NCBI GenBank assembly: GCA_965644295.1
Contig: CBFFRP010000235.1
Span: 96,646 to 160,645, forward strand
Length of the DNA: 64,000 nt
Source: Paraphysomonas bandaiensis
Lineage: Eukaryota; Protista; Chrysophyceae
Direction of reading: 5' to 3'
Both the position numbers and the translations under genes were made by a program. The notes beneath the pieces were generated by a model. The model saw nothing but the letters and a program-made list of their open reading frames with translations. It searched no databases and was not told the DNA's origin. This document shows, piece after piece, positions 46,427 through 61,625 of this stretch (its first letter is position 1; each line of letters starts with the position of its first letter).

Positions 46427-49400
46427 ATGTCTTCACTTTCATTAGAAGATGCATATAAAATATTAGATATAAGTAATACAGCATCTGATGAAGAGGTTCG
46501 AGCAGGTATGTATATACATATATATAGATCACAATACACTCATATCTCATCTATTAATAACTCATATATATAGCATATAAAAAATTAGCATTAAAAACTC
46601 ATCCAGGTAATTATAAAAAACCCTTAGTTTTATATATTATAATATCTATAAAATATACATAGATAAAAATCCAAATGATCCAGCTGCTCATCATAAATTT
46701 TTAAGAATATCTGAAGCATTTAAACGTATCAGTGATCCATATCCATCAGGCGATGAATATGATAGTGATTATGATGATGAATATTATGATTCAGATGAAG
46801 AAGAATTTGCATTTCGGATGTTTGAACGCATGTTCTTTGGAAGTAGTGGGGTAAGATTTGGATTCAAGAGTGGAGGCTTTACATTTGCTCCTGGGGGACG
46901 AGGTCGGTGCGGGTGTCCAGAATGTCAGGGTTGTCGGCGACCAAGAGCCCCATATGTACCGAAATCACAACGGCCAAAAGATCCCAATGAGCCAGAGCCA
47001 ACTGTAAATCCGAATGCACACGATAATTGGCTCAGTGATGAAGAGAGTGGAAGTAAGTCGAAAAAGTCAAGTAAAGCTAAAAACAACAAGAAAAAGCAGC
47101 CCAAGAAGAAAACACAGAAGCAAGGTATGCTTTTTCTTTGTAGTGATTATATTGTGGATCTAAATAAAATCCCTTTGATATTACGTTGTACAGATGGTGG
47201 GAGTCATAAAGACGTTGATAGTAGTGCCGCCAGTAAAAAGAGACCTAAACCTACCTCAACTGATCATCCTGTAACTTCATCATCTCCTTCAAAGCCTACC
47301 ACAAGTTCTTCTTCGATAACATCATCTCAAAGTAAGAAAGCTAGCGCTTCCAGTGATGATGAGGACGACGATATATCTGCTGAAGAAATGGCTAGACGGT
47401 TGGTCGGGGCGGACATACCGGAGACCCCGACTTCGAAGCAACCCAGCACCAAGGCCAAAGACAATAGTTCCAAGAGTTCCAAGAAAAGTTCACAATCAGA
47501 AAAAGATTCTTTGTACCAAACTTTCACAAAGCCAAAGTCAAGAACCTCGAATTCCGCACACTCATCCAAGCCGACCGATAAATATAAATCACAGGTTTCT
47601 GCTTTAATGGAAATGGGATTCGATAGAGAGTCATCGCTGAAAGCACTAGAAGTGTCCTTGGGGAGTGTAGAGTTGGCCACTATGATGTTGTTGTCAGAGT
47701 CAACAGATCCTGGAGCCTCCAATACTGCTGTCAATAAACAGAAAACGGACTCGAAAATTAAATCTGCTAATGAAGATAAACAGTCGAAAACGCCGTCAAC
47801 AACATCATTAAATGGCCATCATTCTAAGGAACCCCCTTTCCAATCAGCACATAAGAAGCCGCCTCCATTGCCAACAAAACAAAATAGGCCAAATGCTCCT
47901 CCAACTAGTAATAAGCAATCTCATATGCACTCTAGCACCAAACATGGGCCAGCTCACAATGGTCCTACCCATCACCATAAACCTCCTATGGCACCCGCTT
48001 CGAAGCAGCCAGTGACACAACCAACTAATCCGTGGAATGCAAAGGAACATTTTAAAGGTACCACTCATTCTCATAGTAGTAAAACCCCAACTGTTCAGCT
48101 GGGTCAACACAAGGCTCTTCCTGATAGGCACACCTCACATAATACAACGACGATCAATGGTAGCAAAAGCAATGACATAAAGGCGGTGCCTCGTCCTCCA
48201 GGGTTAGATTTTTCTCCGACAACATCCGGAATAAAGTCTAATTCTTTGTCCAATAAGCAGCATAGTAGTGGGAATCGTTCTACGCCATGGACGGCTTCAT
48301 CAGAGGTCAGATGTGACGGCAAATTAGAAATTGTAGAAAGTCAACCCGCCCCTACTAAATCTGATACGCTGCATCAATCTCAGCCGTCTAACGCCGTACA
48401 TACATCAGCAGACCCTATTTTAGCGACGTCGCCTTCACTTAACCCCGCCACCTCCCCTGTTATCGAGCGCCCTTCGCCTCGGTCACAACCGGTCGATAGT
48501 CCGCCGGGATTTTTTGACGCCAGTTCTGCGTGGGGACTTCCCCCACCAATAGAGCCGTTGACCTCTCTTGATGTTGGAGGGGACAACTTGACTTCCAATC
48601 ACTTTCAAGAAAATCTTGTGAGTTCTTCTTCCCCATTTGATTCTACTCCTGTTTTTCCTGCTTTGGACATATCGGACGGTCTACATAATATTGATGGTTT
48701 AGGCCTGTCTCTTCCTTCGTCCCTTCAACAGCTTTCGTCCACTGAGAATGATGGGTCGTCCACTTACCATCATTTTCAAGGGCCCCATGGAGGTCACTAT
48801 CGGCCATTTAGTATGTCTGAGCAGGGTGAAAGCAAGTCTCTCTATGATGATGATGCACCCTCCAGTGGCATTCCACAGCAGCCCAACACGTCGTCTCTAT
48901 TCTCATCGACTCCAGCTTCATCCATGGCACCAATAGGAACAATCCGCGCCTCAAGCCAAGTACCTGTGTCGAATAGCTCTGAAACAAGTTTTTTTAGTAG
49001 TGGGAATTCTTTAGGTGGTGATGGCCCAGATTTAGCGTTTGGATTAGGATGGGGTCCGTCAAGTAATTCTAACCTTTCGCTTGGGCTAAATTCTTCACCC
49101 GTTGATTCTAGTCTTTCGCCGGCATTGAATTCCACGTCATCTGGTAACTCCAGTCTTCCTCCTGGTTTGGGTTCTTCGTCGTCCCTGAATTCCAGTTTTT
49201 CATCTGGGCTAAGTGCCACTACTACCAATCTACCACCCGGATTAAGTTCTACGCTATCCATTGAGTCTAGTCTGCCACCTGGATTGAGTTCTACTTCATC
49301 CGTTAGTTCTGGCCTTCCACCCGGTTTGACTACTTCGTCAGCTGTTAGTTCCAGTATCTCGTCAGTGTTAAATTCTGCATCAGAAGCAATTGACATTCCG

Positions 49401-49679
49401 AATTCACGGGAAAATATGCCCAACCATGGTCACTCACATGATAATGCAAAACCTCCGTCGTCGCCAATTGGCCCGAAAACAAAGGCATGCTCTTTCTTTT
49501 CTTCACCTAAAGGATGTCGGTTGGGCCAATCATGCCGATTTTCCCATCATGAGTCATCTTCTACACGTGGTCACTCACCCTCTAAACATCACTCTTCTAC
49601 TAATCAGAAACCTTGTGCTTATCATAATCTACCCGGGGGCTGCCGTCATGGAAGTAACTGCAAGTTTTCCCACATATAA
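46427..49679 (+). CDS. J-domain protein with UBA domain and two C-terminal CCCH zinc fingers
   Basis: AYKILDI..EEVRA|AYKKLALKTHP|DKNP J-domain; LMEMGFDRE UBA; CSFFSSPKGCRLGQSCRFSH and CAYHNLPGGCRHGSNCKFSH. Confidence 0.88.
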
Positions 49680-50125
49680 AACCACCTCATTCATATATAC
49701 TTATATTATATACTAACATATCCCCTTATTGTACGAGCACAAACTTCTTTATCGCTATCGAAATATTACGAAATTAGGTACGCAAGTGGAGTTTTTTGGC
49801 ATAACTCTGGATACTACACTCAAGAAGTATATGTGACTAGCGGCACATTTCAATGTTATTCACCTGCATTCATATTGTTACTTCTGCAGCAACAGTTTTA
49901 TATGATTTGTCGTAGAATATCAGATGTGTTGTGTTGACAACAAGTTCATGTTGAGCAAGGCTATTGTAACGTCTCGTGGTGAGTTGACATGGACCTCATG
50001 AAAAAAATTCACTTTTGAGTTGACAATTATATGTTTTGTTGCACTTTTCTTGATGTGTAATAAGAAGACATGTGAACGGATTTTCTATTTGTGATCACCC
50101 TTTTCTATGGTTTTAACATATTGTA

Positions 50126-50305
50126 TTGAAAGTCTTATTATTTAGCAATAGGCGTTAAAAATCTGCACCAATATAGTGGCTAGTTGAATGCTAGACAGAC
50201 TATTTAGACCTCTACCCATAACTAATCAGCACAGACTCTATTATCCTACTATTTAGCGCTACAGAAGCTGCTTGTGCGTCGCCGCAAGCACCAAGGTGCG
50301 GCCAC
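50126..50305 (+). repeat. Repeat family B, module A copy
   Basis: Aligns end to end with 6893-7073. Confidence 0.8.
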
Positions 50306-51902
50306 ATGATTTTAACATCCTGCGAAGAAAATGACTTTCATATGCATTACGATTCATTTGTTGATCTTCTGCTACCGTTGGGGTCCAGTAGATGAAGCTG
50401 TATCTAAAAAAACATATACCATATACTGTTTGTTGTTGTTTGTGGGCCTGTTTGAAGCCTCTATTCGAACGGTTATCATAGGTCATCAACTATCAACTAC
50501 GCTTGTAAATTCGTAAATATATTATTATATGACGATTAGCAAACACATTTGTATATAATCCGATATCTACATCATGGGTATATGATACAATATATCACAA
50601 CTCATAAATTTCCACAATATCATAGTGTAATTTATATTGCTTCGGAGCATACCCATACTTAAATATACTGGGCATGTCTGAATACCATCATGAGATCATG
50701 AGCCACACTAGTAGTAGTCTTATCTCCCTCTTCCATGTGCACAGGTACTGTTTGGAGAGGAGTAGCAAACAAGTATTAATGATTCTTTAGATATATCTGT
50801 AACTTACAGTCTTAAACTTAATATTATATTATCATATTTATATATCTTTAACACCCATACATATATATTCACTACATATATCATCCTTATCCTCCTCAGA
50901 CTTTGTCAACACTCTTATAATATGATGTGGTTCTTCTAATCAAAATAGGCCTTTTTCTTTCTTATCCGGAGAATATAGAACTGTACTCATATTACACACT
51001 CTGTCTATGTGTATGTACAGTCAGTATAATGTACTGTAGTGGATCCACATACTCTATGTGCTTATTAATAAGCATATAAGAGTAGTATATATAATAAGAA
51101 CATATACATATATATATATAATCATTATCACATTATTGATCAACCTGTCTTTTCTTTGTCTTTTGTCTGTTGAATAGTTAAATTGTAAATATCAAAAATA
51201 ATATGAGTTATCCTGATCATAATATATCATTGACCTTAATATATATAGAATATAGAATATAATAATAATTGACCTATTTTCAACCTTTAATATGTTCAAG
51301 CATGAGTGTATAAAACCAAGAGAATGTAGTATATGCCATCCAATAGCTGGTTATTACAGGTGCACTGTTGTTTCATACAATATATATCTGGCTGCCAGAC
51401 TGTTTAATAGCAAGTGGTTGATTACTAGTATCACGTGCTACACTAGATGCACTTGCATGCTTATGAATGCCATAATGAAACTGATTATCCGTTACATATA
51501 TATTATATTATTAACTATTAATAACCAAGCTTTTGGTATGCAATAGTTAGTAGCTAGGTTATGCTATTCAATAAAATTACACATCGTAAATACGACGCTA
51601 ATGACAGAGCAGTAGTTAACTGCACGAGGTAACACCAACAGACTATAAGATGTCAATCTACACTCTACACTTATGTAATTTGCGCTTTACACTCACGCAT
51701 GCAAAGATTAGTTCAGACTAGAAAATAAGTGTACTATTTGGTAAATAACATGCCACACACATAAACTCTTTTTCGATAATACTAATATACCCTGCGCAGC
51801 AGAGGTTTCCTTATGCTGCAGAAACCACTTGCGCCTCTCTGGAGTGTACTGTATATATTACTACTACTTCACTGGATAGTTAACTTTAAGGTCAAAATAG
51901 CA

Positions 51903-54900
51903 TTATAGGCTTCGCTGGCGACCTTGCATCAGGGACTTTATTCTGGCATCGTAAAGAGCCGCAATTACTTTCTTAATAGTTCTCATCCAATCTTGGAGGT
52001 CAGACTTATTTTCGGCCATTAAAGTCCAAGAACTACCATTGGAAGTTATCGTGAAACATAGCTTCAAACTAGAGTATGACAATTCGGTGGTGTCCATCAA
52101 TTCCAAAATCTTTGAACACGCTGCTCCAGATCTATATGCTTGAGTAGAGTCGTAGCATTCCATTGTTTTACCATCCAGTACTATATGCTTCTTCAACCAT
52201 CGGCCCAGAAAACGAGTTTGTTTTTGTAGTACACCTTCTTTAAACACAAATTCTGTGTCATCTGTAAATTCACTGGACAGATCGCTACAAGTTTGCGTTG
52301 ACGAAGTAGTCGCTATACCGAGTGAACTTTTATAAGGTACTTCGTTGGCATCATTATCGCTTCCATGAATCCGTGCAGGTGAGGTTGGTCTATTTAGTTG
52401 CGTATTATTGGTTAGGGTGTTCACATACTTCCCACTCTCATCTCTTAACCATCCAGGTGGCAACTCATCAAACTCAGCCAAAATCTCATCTTTCTCACTG
52501 TATCCGTATGTATAATGCTGACTCACGCAGTCCAATACATCTACACTTTCCTCAACGTTGGTCTGCGTCGTTTAGCTTAAATATATACAACCAAAATATA
52601 CATGAATTACCGCGCTTCCAGTGTCATCAATTGTGTCAAGCACCGAGTCTGCATCACGAGAAATCGAATCACTTCGACCCTCCGAATTGACTACAGTCGC
52701 ATTACTTTTCTTGGAGGCTATGATGCCAAGCGCTGCTGAGGATCGGCGACGACATGCTATTTGGGCTTCAACTGCTTTGGTTTCCTACAAGACACTAAGA
52801 TCACGTACACATCTTGACATAAGTTTCACATCACTATAATAAACGGAATAAGTACAGCAATGCCAACGTAAAATAATGTTTAGTGATCTGTTATTCACCC
52901 TTTCAGCCAGCATTCGTGCCTCTTCTGCCTCTCGACGCTCCCTCTCAGCAGCTTCTCTCTGTCTTGCGACTATTTCTTGCTCGATTCGTTCCTCTTCATC
53001 TTTTGCAATTTGATCCCTTAAAAGAGTCGTCGCACACCTTGCTTCAGCACAATGCATTATTACAGCATCACCACACTGCATGGCCTTCTGAATATTCTCT
53101 TGTATCACTGTCACCCGCTGTCGAGCAGCCTCCACTTCAGTTTTGGTATGCTGTCCATGGCTAACTACATCAGCTATATTCCGATGTAGCTCCTTGACTT
53201 GGTCCATTAAGTCACATATTGCGTCTTCAACGGCATCAGCGCCATCATCAAGAGCTGTCATGGAACTATCACCATTGGTGTGATTTTCATTATAGCTGGC
53301 TTCCAATGTGTCAAAATTGATTCTCTCACGGATGTTTCCAAAAGAAACAAGCTGAATTTTTTGATGAATAGAACTCATATGCTCTTCTAACTCTTTCATT
53401 TCGTCATATTTTTGAGCCCCCATGGTCCGTATGGCGTCTCCTCTATCACTACCACAAAATTCCTCCACTTGAGCACAATCTTCATCGATACCACGCCACA
53501 AACTGTCAGCATCTACCAGCAGTGAATCAGCTTGAACTAGGAGATCCTGTATCGCTTTATATTCACTGTGGGTATTAACATCTGCACCATTTGTTCGAAC
53601 ATCGAGCAATACTGACTGGGCATCACTCAACCCCACCTGCAAATTTTCCGTGGATGCTCTAAGTTTATCCATATCACTGAATAAAGTTTCCATTGAGACA
53701 GTAACGTTATCCGCAACATCACTGAGAACACTTAATTTATTACGACCTTCGTCGAAAAGATTTTCTAGTTCTCGTTCTCTCCTCTTTAGATGATCGACAA
53801 CCTTCTTAGTCTTCTGATGAAAGTTAAGAGCTGCTCGAAGTCTTTTGGATGTCTCTTCAATATTAGCACCCTGTAAATCCGCTGACTGCCCCAACACCTT
53901 TTCCAATTTATCCAACTGTCCTGCTTTGAAAAATAGCCTAGTTTTACCTAGTTGGTATGTGGTTGAAGGTATTTCGTATGCCCACAGTAAGCAAATGATA
54001 AACACATCATCTGGCACGTCTTGGAACATTTCTATAGCCTCAGGGACGATGTGATTCACTATACGTTTCACCTCTGTGAACGATACTCGAGTGGGTAATC
54101 CGATTTGCATCACAGAACAAACATTCACAAGCCCGAGAGCACGTATCTGATCCAATACATACTTAGAGTCAAAAATAGATGGCTTGAGTACAGTATTCGG
54201 TTTAATACACCGTATGAAAGAGCATGTAGAAGCCTTTAGCGTGGTGCACAACTCAGTCATGGAAGCACTGAACGCATCTGCAATGGTATACTTTCGAAAC
54301 GATTTCTTACGAGTGATAACGGGTTTCGTACTGTTTTCTGAAATCTCCATAAGTTGGCTAATCAAATCCACAGAAGAACTTTTTAACAGTATATCAATAC
54401 CACTAGGGACATCATCATTGTTTTTCGCTAGCCATACACTGTTACCCATTTCTCCAACGCTATATGATACAGTACCAGCAAAATGACGTATTGAGAACAT
54501 TCTTTTTTTATCTTTTGGATGAACTTTTACAAAGTATTTTTTTACCTCGAAATCCACAGAGTTTCCCTCGAATGTCTTGTGAAGGGCATCACAAAATGAT
54601 TCGTCAGTGGCCTTCGATAGCTGGCCTTGAGATTGTAAAATAGATAACACACTGGTCTTTGACGATATTAAATCTACACATCCAGTATTATTCGGGCATT
54701 CAGCAATCGTAAGTGTCGTGGATATGTTTTCTTCATGATATAATCGTAATTCACTTTCAAACACTTGCTGATTGAAAGTACACTGGAGAGTCTCATTTGC
54801 ATAATTTATTAATAATTGTTCGAACTCATTTCGTTTAAATGACTCAAATCCAAATATGTCGAGTACTCCAATAGATGTCATCCCTGAACTGTCCGACATG

Positions 54901-56751
54901 TTGTCTACATCTACAGACAGACAATTATTTACAATGCGCACAATACGCTCAAACACAGAGGCATATATGGCTTTGCACACTGCATTTCGAGCATTAACAG
55001 CTTCGACAAGACTGAGTGAAATAGTATAATTCTCTCCTGCAGCTACCATTTCTCTTTTGGTGAGTAAATCCATGAGCAAAGAATCATTTACTCCTAATAA
55101 TTTTGCTGCTGCGGTACACTGCTCTGGGTTCGCTACTTGTGCCACAGTACCTCCAGACACTTCAACTTCCACAAATCTTATATTTCCCATTTCGAGGATA
55201 CTTCCAAGGACTTTCCACGTCGCTTCAATGTCACTGGAGGAGTACATCAACGCTTGCATCGAATTTTCTATCTCTCGAAATTGTGACACCAAGTCTCCCA
55301 CACCAACACTAGAACAGTCATCAGTGCCGAGAAAGAGATAATCCGAAGGTGCCAGAGATGTTAAACCCAAAGAATGTGTTGATGACTCAGAAGCAGCTGA
55401 AATAAGAATAAAGTAAAACAATATCAATTGCTACAATGAAACTTCAGGTATGATAGTGAAATTCATTGCTGTACAGAATACACTGATTCTTAAAAGGGTG
55501 TATGCAGCTTGCAATACCATTATAAGAGTACATTACCTGCAGCTGCCAGAAGGTTATAAAATATGTGATAATTCTTTTCGCCATCGATCTGTCCAGTCAC
55601 TCGACTTTTCTCCAGCAAATACGTTTCCACAGCCGCTCCAGCAATCTTCCGCAGGTGATCCCCACCAACACTGCTAGCTCCACCCGAGGACGAGGTGCGC
55701 ATATCTATAGGATGGAAGTATATACGCATATACTTTCCAAATCTCGAACTGTTCGAATTCCGTGATGCTATACCATAGCTTTAGGTAATGCATATGAACA
55801 ACGAACATTGCAGGATTTATACGTTATTGCTAAGAAACATACGCACGTAGAGTAGGCTGGCACAAGCAGGTGTAGTTTCAACGGTGCAAGTCACTGCAAA
55901 TACTTACTTTTCGCGTTACCAAAGGCTTCTAATATGGGTGAAGACTCCAATAATCGGTTTTCAATGCGATCTGAATTGCCTTTTGCGATACAGCTTGATT
56001 CCTTCTCATCTTTGCACTGTCCAGCGGCACGGGCAACAATATAGCTAAGAACCATTTTAGCCGCTTCTGTTTTCCCCGACCCACTTTCACCCGAGATTAC
56101 AACAGATTGATCAACTGCATTCGAAAGACAAATCTGCCTATACGCAAGCTCTACAGAATATGACATATATGTGAACAGCGATAATATAAGTTTTGATCCA
56201 ACTGTAGTAATAGGGTGGACGCAGTCATATATTGTCCTGCATAAATAACACAATGACTTACCAGCTATCGCAAACGGATGAGGGTCATCAGGATTCATAG
56301 GTTGATCCACAAATCGAGAGCGGCTTGGCTCGTCATACCACTCAAAAGGATTGACCGATACGAGTATTGTACCCATATATGTGTAGGGGCATTTCACTTT
56401 AGACCTCTGTCGCAAGTTATCTAGTATTGCAGGTTCATGTAAATAGCGTAAAGATGTCATATCTGCAACTACAGAATCATTGCATGGATATACATCTTTA
56501 AAAGACATATCAACAGTGAATATATTCCCATTGTCTTCCATATCTTGTAAGACTATCAATGCACTATCTTGTTCCAATACTTTACATATTCTCCATTCCC
56601 CATTTGATGATTCAATCCATACATTCTCAGTTAATACAGGTTGAAATGTCATATGAACTGATTGACGTGCAGACATACGTCGTGACATCACAGATATTGA
56701 GGTCTGTGAGACACGTGAATATCTACATGATTTACGTGGTTTATGTGACAT
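51903..56751 (-). CDS. Unconventional myosin with coiled coil, WW and PH domains
   Basis: [15 protein letters not shown]|[33 protein letters not shown]; tail [19 protein letters not shown] (WW) and KEGVLQK..W..DWM (PH). Confidence 0.93.
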
Positions 56752-56939
56752 ATTTTATGTTCAATAATATAGAAAAATAATGAAAATTGAATAAATGATA
56801 ATGATATCTATTACTATACTTTTCTTTTCTTTAATAATCTTCTTTATTGGATATTATTATGATGGTAAACTTAAGATGGTGAGATTATGGAGTGATCACA
56901 CTCGCCAGGTGGATGACACTATAAGAAGCAATCTTTATA

Positions 56940-57076
56940 CATATCGGCATCGTTTGTATATTTTTGTTCAAATATGCCTCTAATATTGAGGCAATAATTA
57001 TGTATATTACAGCCGTAGTTGTACTGCAGTAATGTAGATAATTTTTGCTTCAATATATTTACGAAAACTAAGATGC
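56940..57076 (+). mobile_element. MITE family A copy, truncated at one end
   Basis: TATCGGCATCGTTTGTATATTTTTGTTC...AAGATGC. Confidence 0.75.
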
Positions 57077-57541
57077 ATACATATTACTTGGTATATATAT
57101 TCCAATTTTATATTCCAAAATATGATAAAATCTTATATATTTAGTTTTTAATGAAGTTTTATTTACTTATTTCTAGGATTTTCAGAGATTATATACCACT
57201 CAAATGTAGCGTCAGAATGTATATAGGTATCTTTCTAGCTTTCTGCACCACAAATTTAATTACAAGAAGTTGAAAATACAAAAATGCCTCTTATTATTCT
57301 ACAAAATCAAAATATCCCTTGTATTTCGCCTTTTTTGAGAATATATAGGATTTTAGTACTACATAACCCCCTTTATTTATCTATATATTTGACTATTTAT
57401 TCAGGAATGTGTATGAAATTTCTAGCCTATAAGAGATATTGTTATACATACACAGAGTGTCCTAGACATACATACATACATACATATATATATGCATTAC
57501 TGTCGCCATATCATACTATTCTCATCTATATACATAATAAG

Positions 57542-58863
57542 ATGAAAATGAATTCTACATGGTATGTTTTAATTGGTGGAGAATCAATGGAAGATCAAGG
57601 ATCTAATATATCAACTAGATCATATCTACATACCTCATTAACTCATATAGGATATGCATATGAAACATTACGTTCATATGGGATATCAAGAGATCATATT
57701 ATTGTTATTGTTCAATTAAATGATTATATGAATTCATTACATGTTCAAAATAATAAAATTTTAAGAGAATTAATACAGAAAGAATGTAATCGTTTGATAT
57801 CTGAAGGTGGAGCTGATTATGACTTTGAAATGGTTAATCCCGGTACTATATGGTGTGTAATGCTTGGTAAAAAGAGTGATTTGCATCAAAAAGTTGTTCC
57901 CACTGATGCTGGTGCCATATTTCTTGCTATATATTCGCATGGAGATTGTCATTCATGCACACCAAGTCATGTTCCATCAGATATAACCAGTCGTAATCAT
58001 ATCGACCCATTGAAATACGAGTGGTTTGCACATATGCCGTATACAATTTATCCACTATTTTTAAAGCACGAAATGCTGGAATTTGTTTCTGTTGATGGGG
58101 CTACAGGGACGTTTTATCATACTCCTGAGAGATATATATATGCAACAACTTTACGTTGCATATTTACTCGACTCTTTCACATGAATTCCACACGTCCCGT
58201 TGTATCCCTCTTAAATTTTTGTTTCTCAGGAGGAATGTTGGAATTTATGAACCGTCCAGTATCAGTGGCACACACTGGATCTGACCAGTGGCCTCTTTTT
58301 CTGATGAGCTCATCTCAATCTACGCAAGACGCCCTGATAGGTGGATTGTGGACATCTTTCTTCGACCATTTGCACAACTACTTCAATTCGAAGTCAGCAT
58401 CATCTCCAGCTACTCTTGTCCATTTTTTTTCATCTGTTCGAGCATTGTACTTTAAATCGAATTCCTATGAACTGCACGGGTGTGTAGTGGACACTGCCTA
58501 CGCAGCAATGTCATCTGGGCGTCAGATATACTCACAATTTTCTCGTGATATTACTCCTTTTCTATGTGGCGACGACGGAGAGCCTATGTATGACGAATTA
58601 CGTAGATTACAAATGGAGTACAAAAGCCGTCGAAGTCCTAGAGGAAGAAAGATAATTATATGGCTCACTGAGAGGTAAGTTTTAATTGTGTGATTTGCAG
58701 CCTATATAGGTTTTGATACCGCCTTTATCCCAGGTGGGGAGAAGAGGAAGCAGATTTGGTGAAAGTTGTTAGAGAAGCGCGGAGTCGTGTTGCACAACCC
58801 TGTGCTGTTTTCGGCCAACAGTCTGGCGTGGCCGACATATTAATAGACGATTTGATGAGATAG
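57542..58863 (+). CDS. Divergent peptidase C13 (legumain/GPI8-like) protein
   Basis: WYVLIGG, AYETLRSYGISRDHIIV, FLAIYSHGD and LNFCFSGGML match the clan CD His-Gly/Cys dyad layout. Confidence 0.65.
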
Positions 58864-59100
58864 ATGACTCAACTATCCTAATAATAAAGACAGAAGTAGC
58901 CTCCCGCTGTGTGTGTTGCTTGTAGAAATATTTCTGAAAGCGGAGAAAACGTCTTATTATAAACTACTTATCAAAAAGTTAACCCATACTGCATAATTAC
59001 AATAGTCATCATTGCCTATTTAACTTGCGTCCATTTGCCCCATACGACCTAATTACAATAGTCACCACTGACTACTCGAATTTGATTCCTTCTGAATACA

Positions 59101-60759
<1,659 letters not shown>

Positions 60760-61379
60760 ATGAGAATATATTTTGAGAGTATAGAATGGTAATAATAGAG
60801 AGAAATGGTTGAATATATATGTGTATGGGTGTGTATATGTATGTGTGTATGTGGATATTTGAAAGGATTATATAGACATATATGTGTATATACACCGCAG
60901 TGCCTAGTCTATAGCCTATAGCAGTATATGTGTATGTATATACCTGTATATGTAGAAAATTCCACTGCAGAAATTCGCATATGATGCTATTATATATATA
61001 CAGAGTGCACTCTGTACAGCAGTGTTGGACAAACAATTTGAAAATCAGGCTTTTCCATTTTCTGCTGTACTGAATATTCCTATCGCTCACTCCCAAAAAT
61101 CCACCTCCACAAGAATCCGTATTGGATAAGAATTTCTTTATACTAAATTCTGAAAATACTTATTTTCAGAAATCAGGATATAAAAATCAGGAAAATATGT
61201 TTGTCTTTATACTATAATATTAGGGATTTAGGGATTTACGGCATTAAAATATGGCCATCGTGTACACAGCAGTTGCTACATATGGATCTGGCTGGTAGAT
61301 TACAAGGCAGCAATGTCCCTTCCGTGTATTAGTAGGAATCTTTAGACTAGATAGTGATCTGTCTTGTTTACTTGTTTTA

Positions 61380-61625
61380 CTTCATTATCTTTCTATCTAA
61401 TCAATATAGCTAGTTAACTGAACTATCCTTTAAGAGCTTAGGATTACGGGATACTTGAGAGCTTGTATTTCTGGCTGTTGATAAGGGTACGAAATCATGC
61501 AGTATTCTTGTTTCGGTAAACAAGCATACAGTATCGTTTAGGTGATCTTAGTACCCCGTAATCCCAAGCTCCCATAGGATAGTTCAATCAACTAGCTATA
61601 TTGATTAGTTAGAACAATAATGAAG
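61380..61625. mobile_element. MITE-like element with long (about 75 bp) imperfect TIRs
   Basis: CTTCATTAT..CTAATCAATATAGCTAGTT..GAACTATCCT..GATTACGGG mirrored at 61550-61625; no clear TSD. Confidence 0.7.

Noticed and set aside
51790-51840. GC-rich hairpin in the myosin 3' region as a SECIS element
   Set aside because: No AUGA/GA quartet and no in-frame UGA in the gene.
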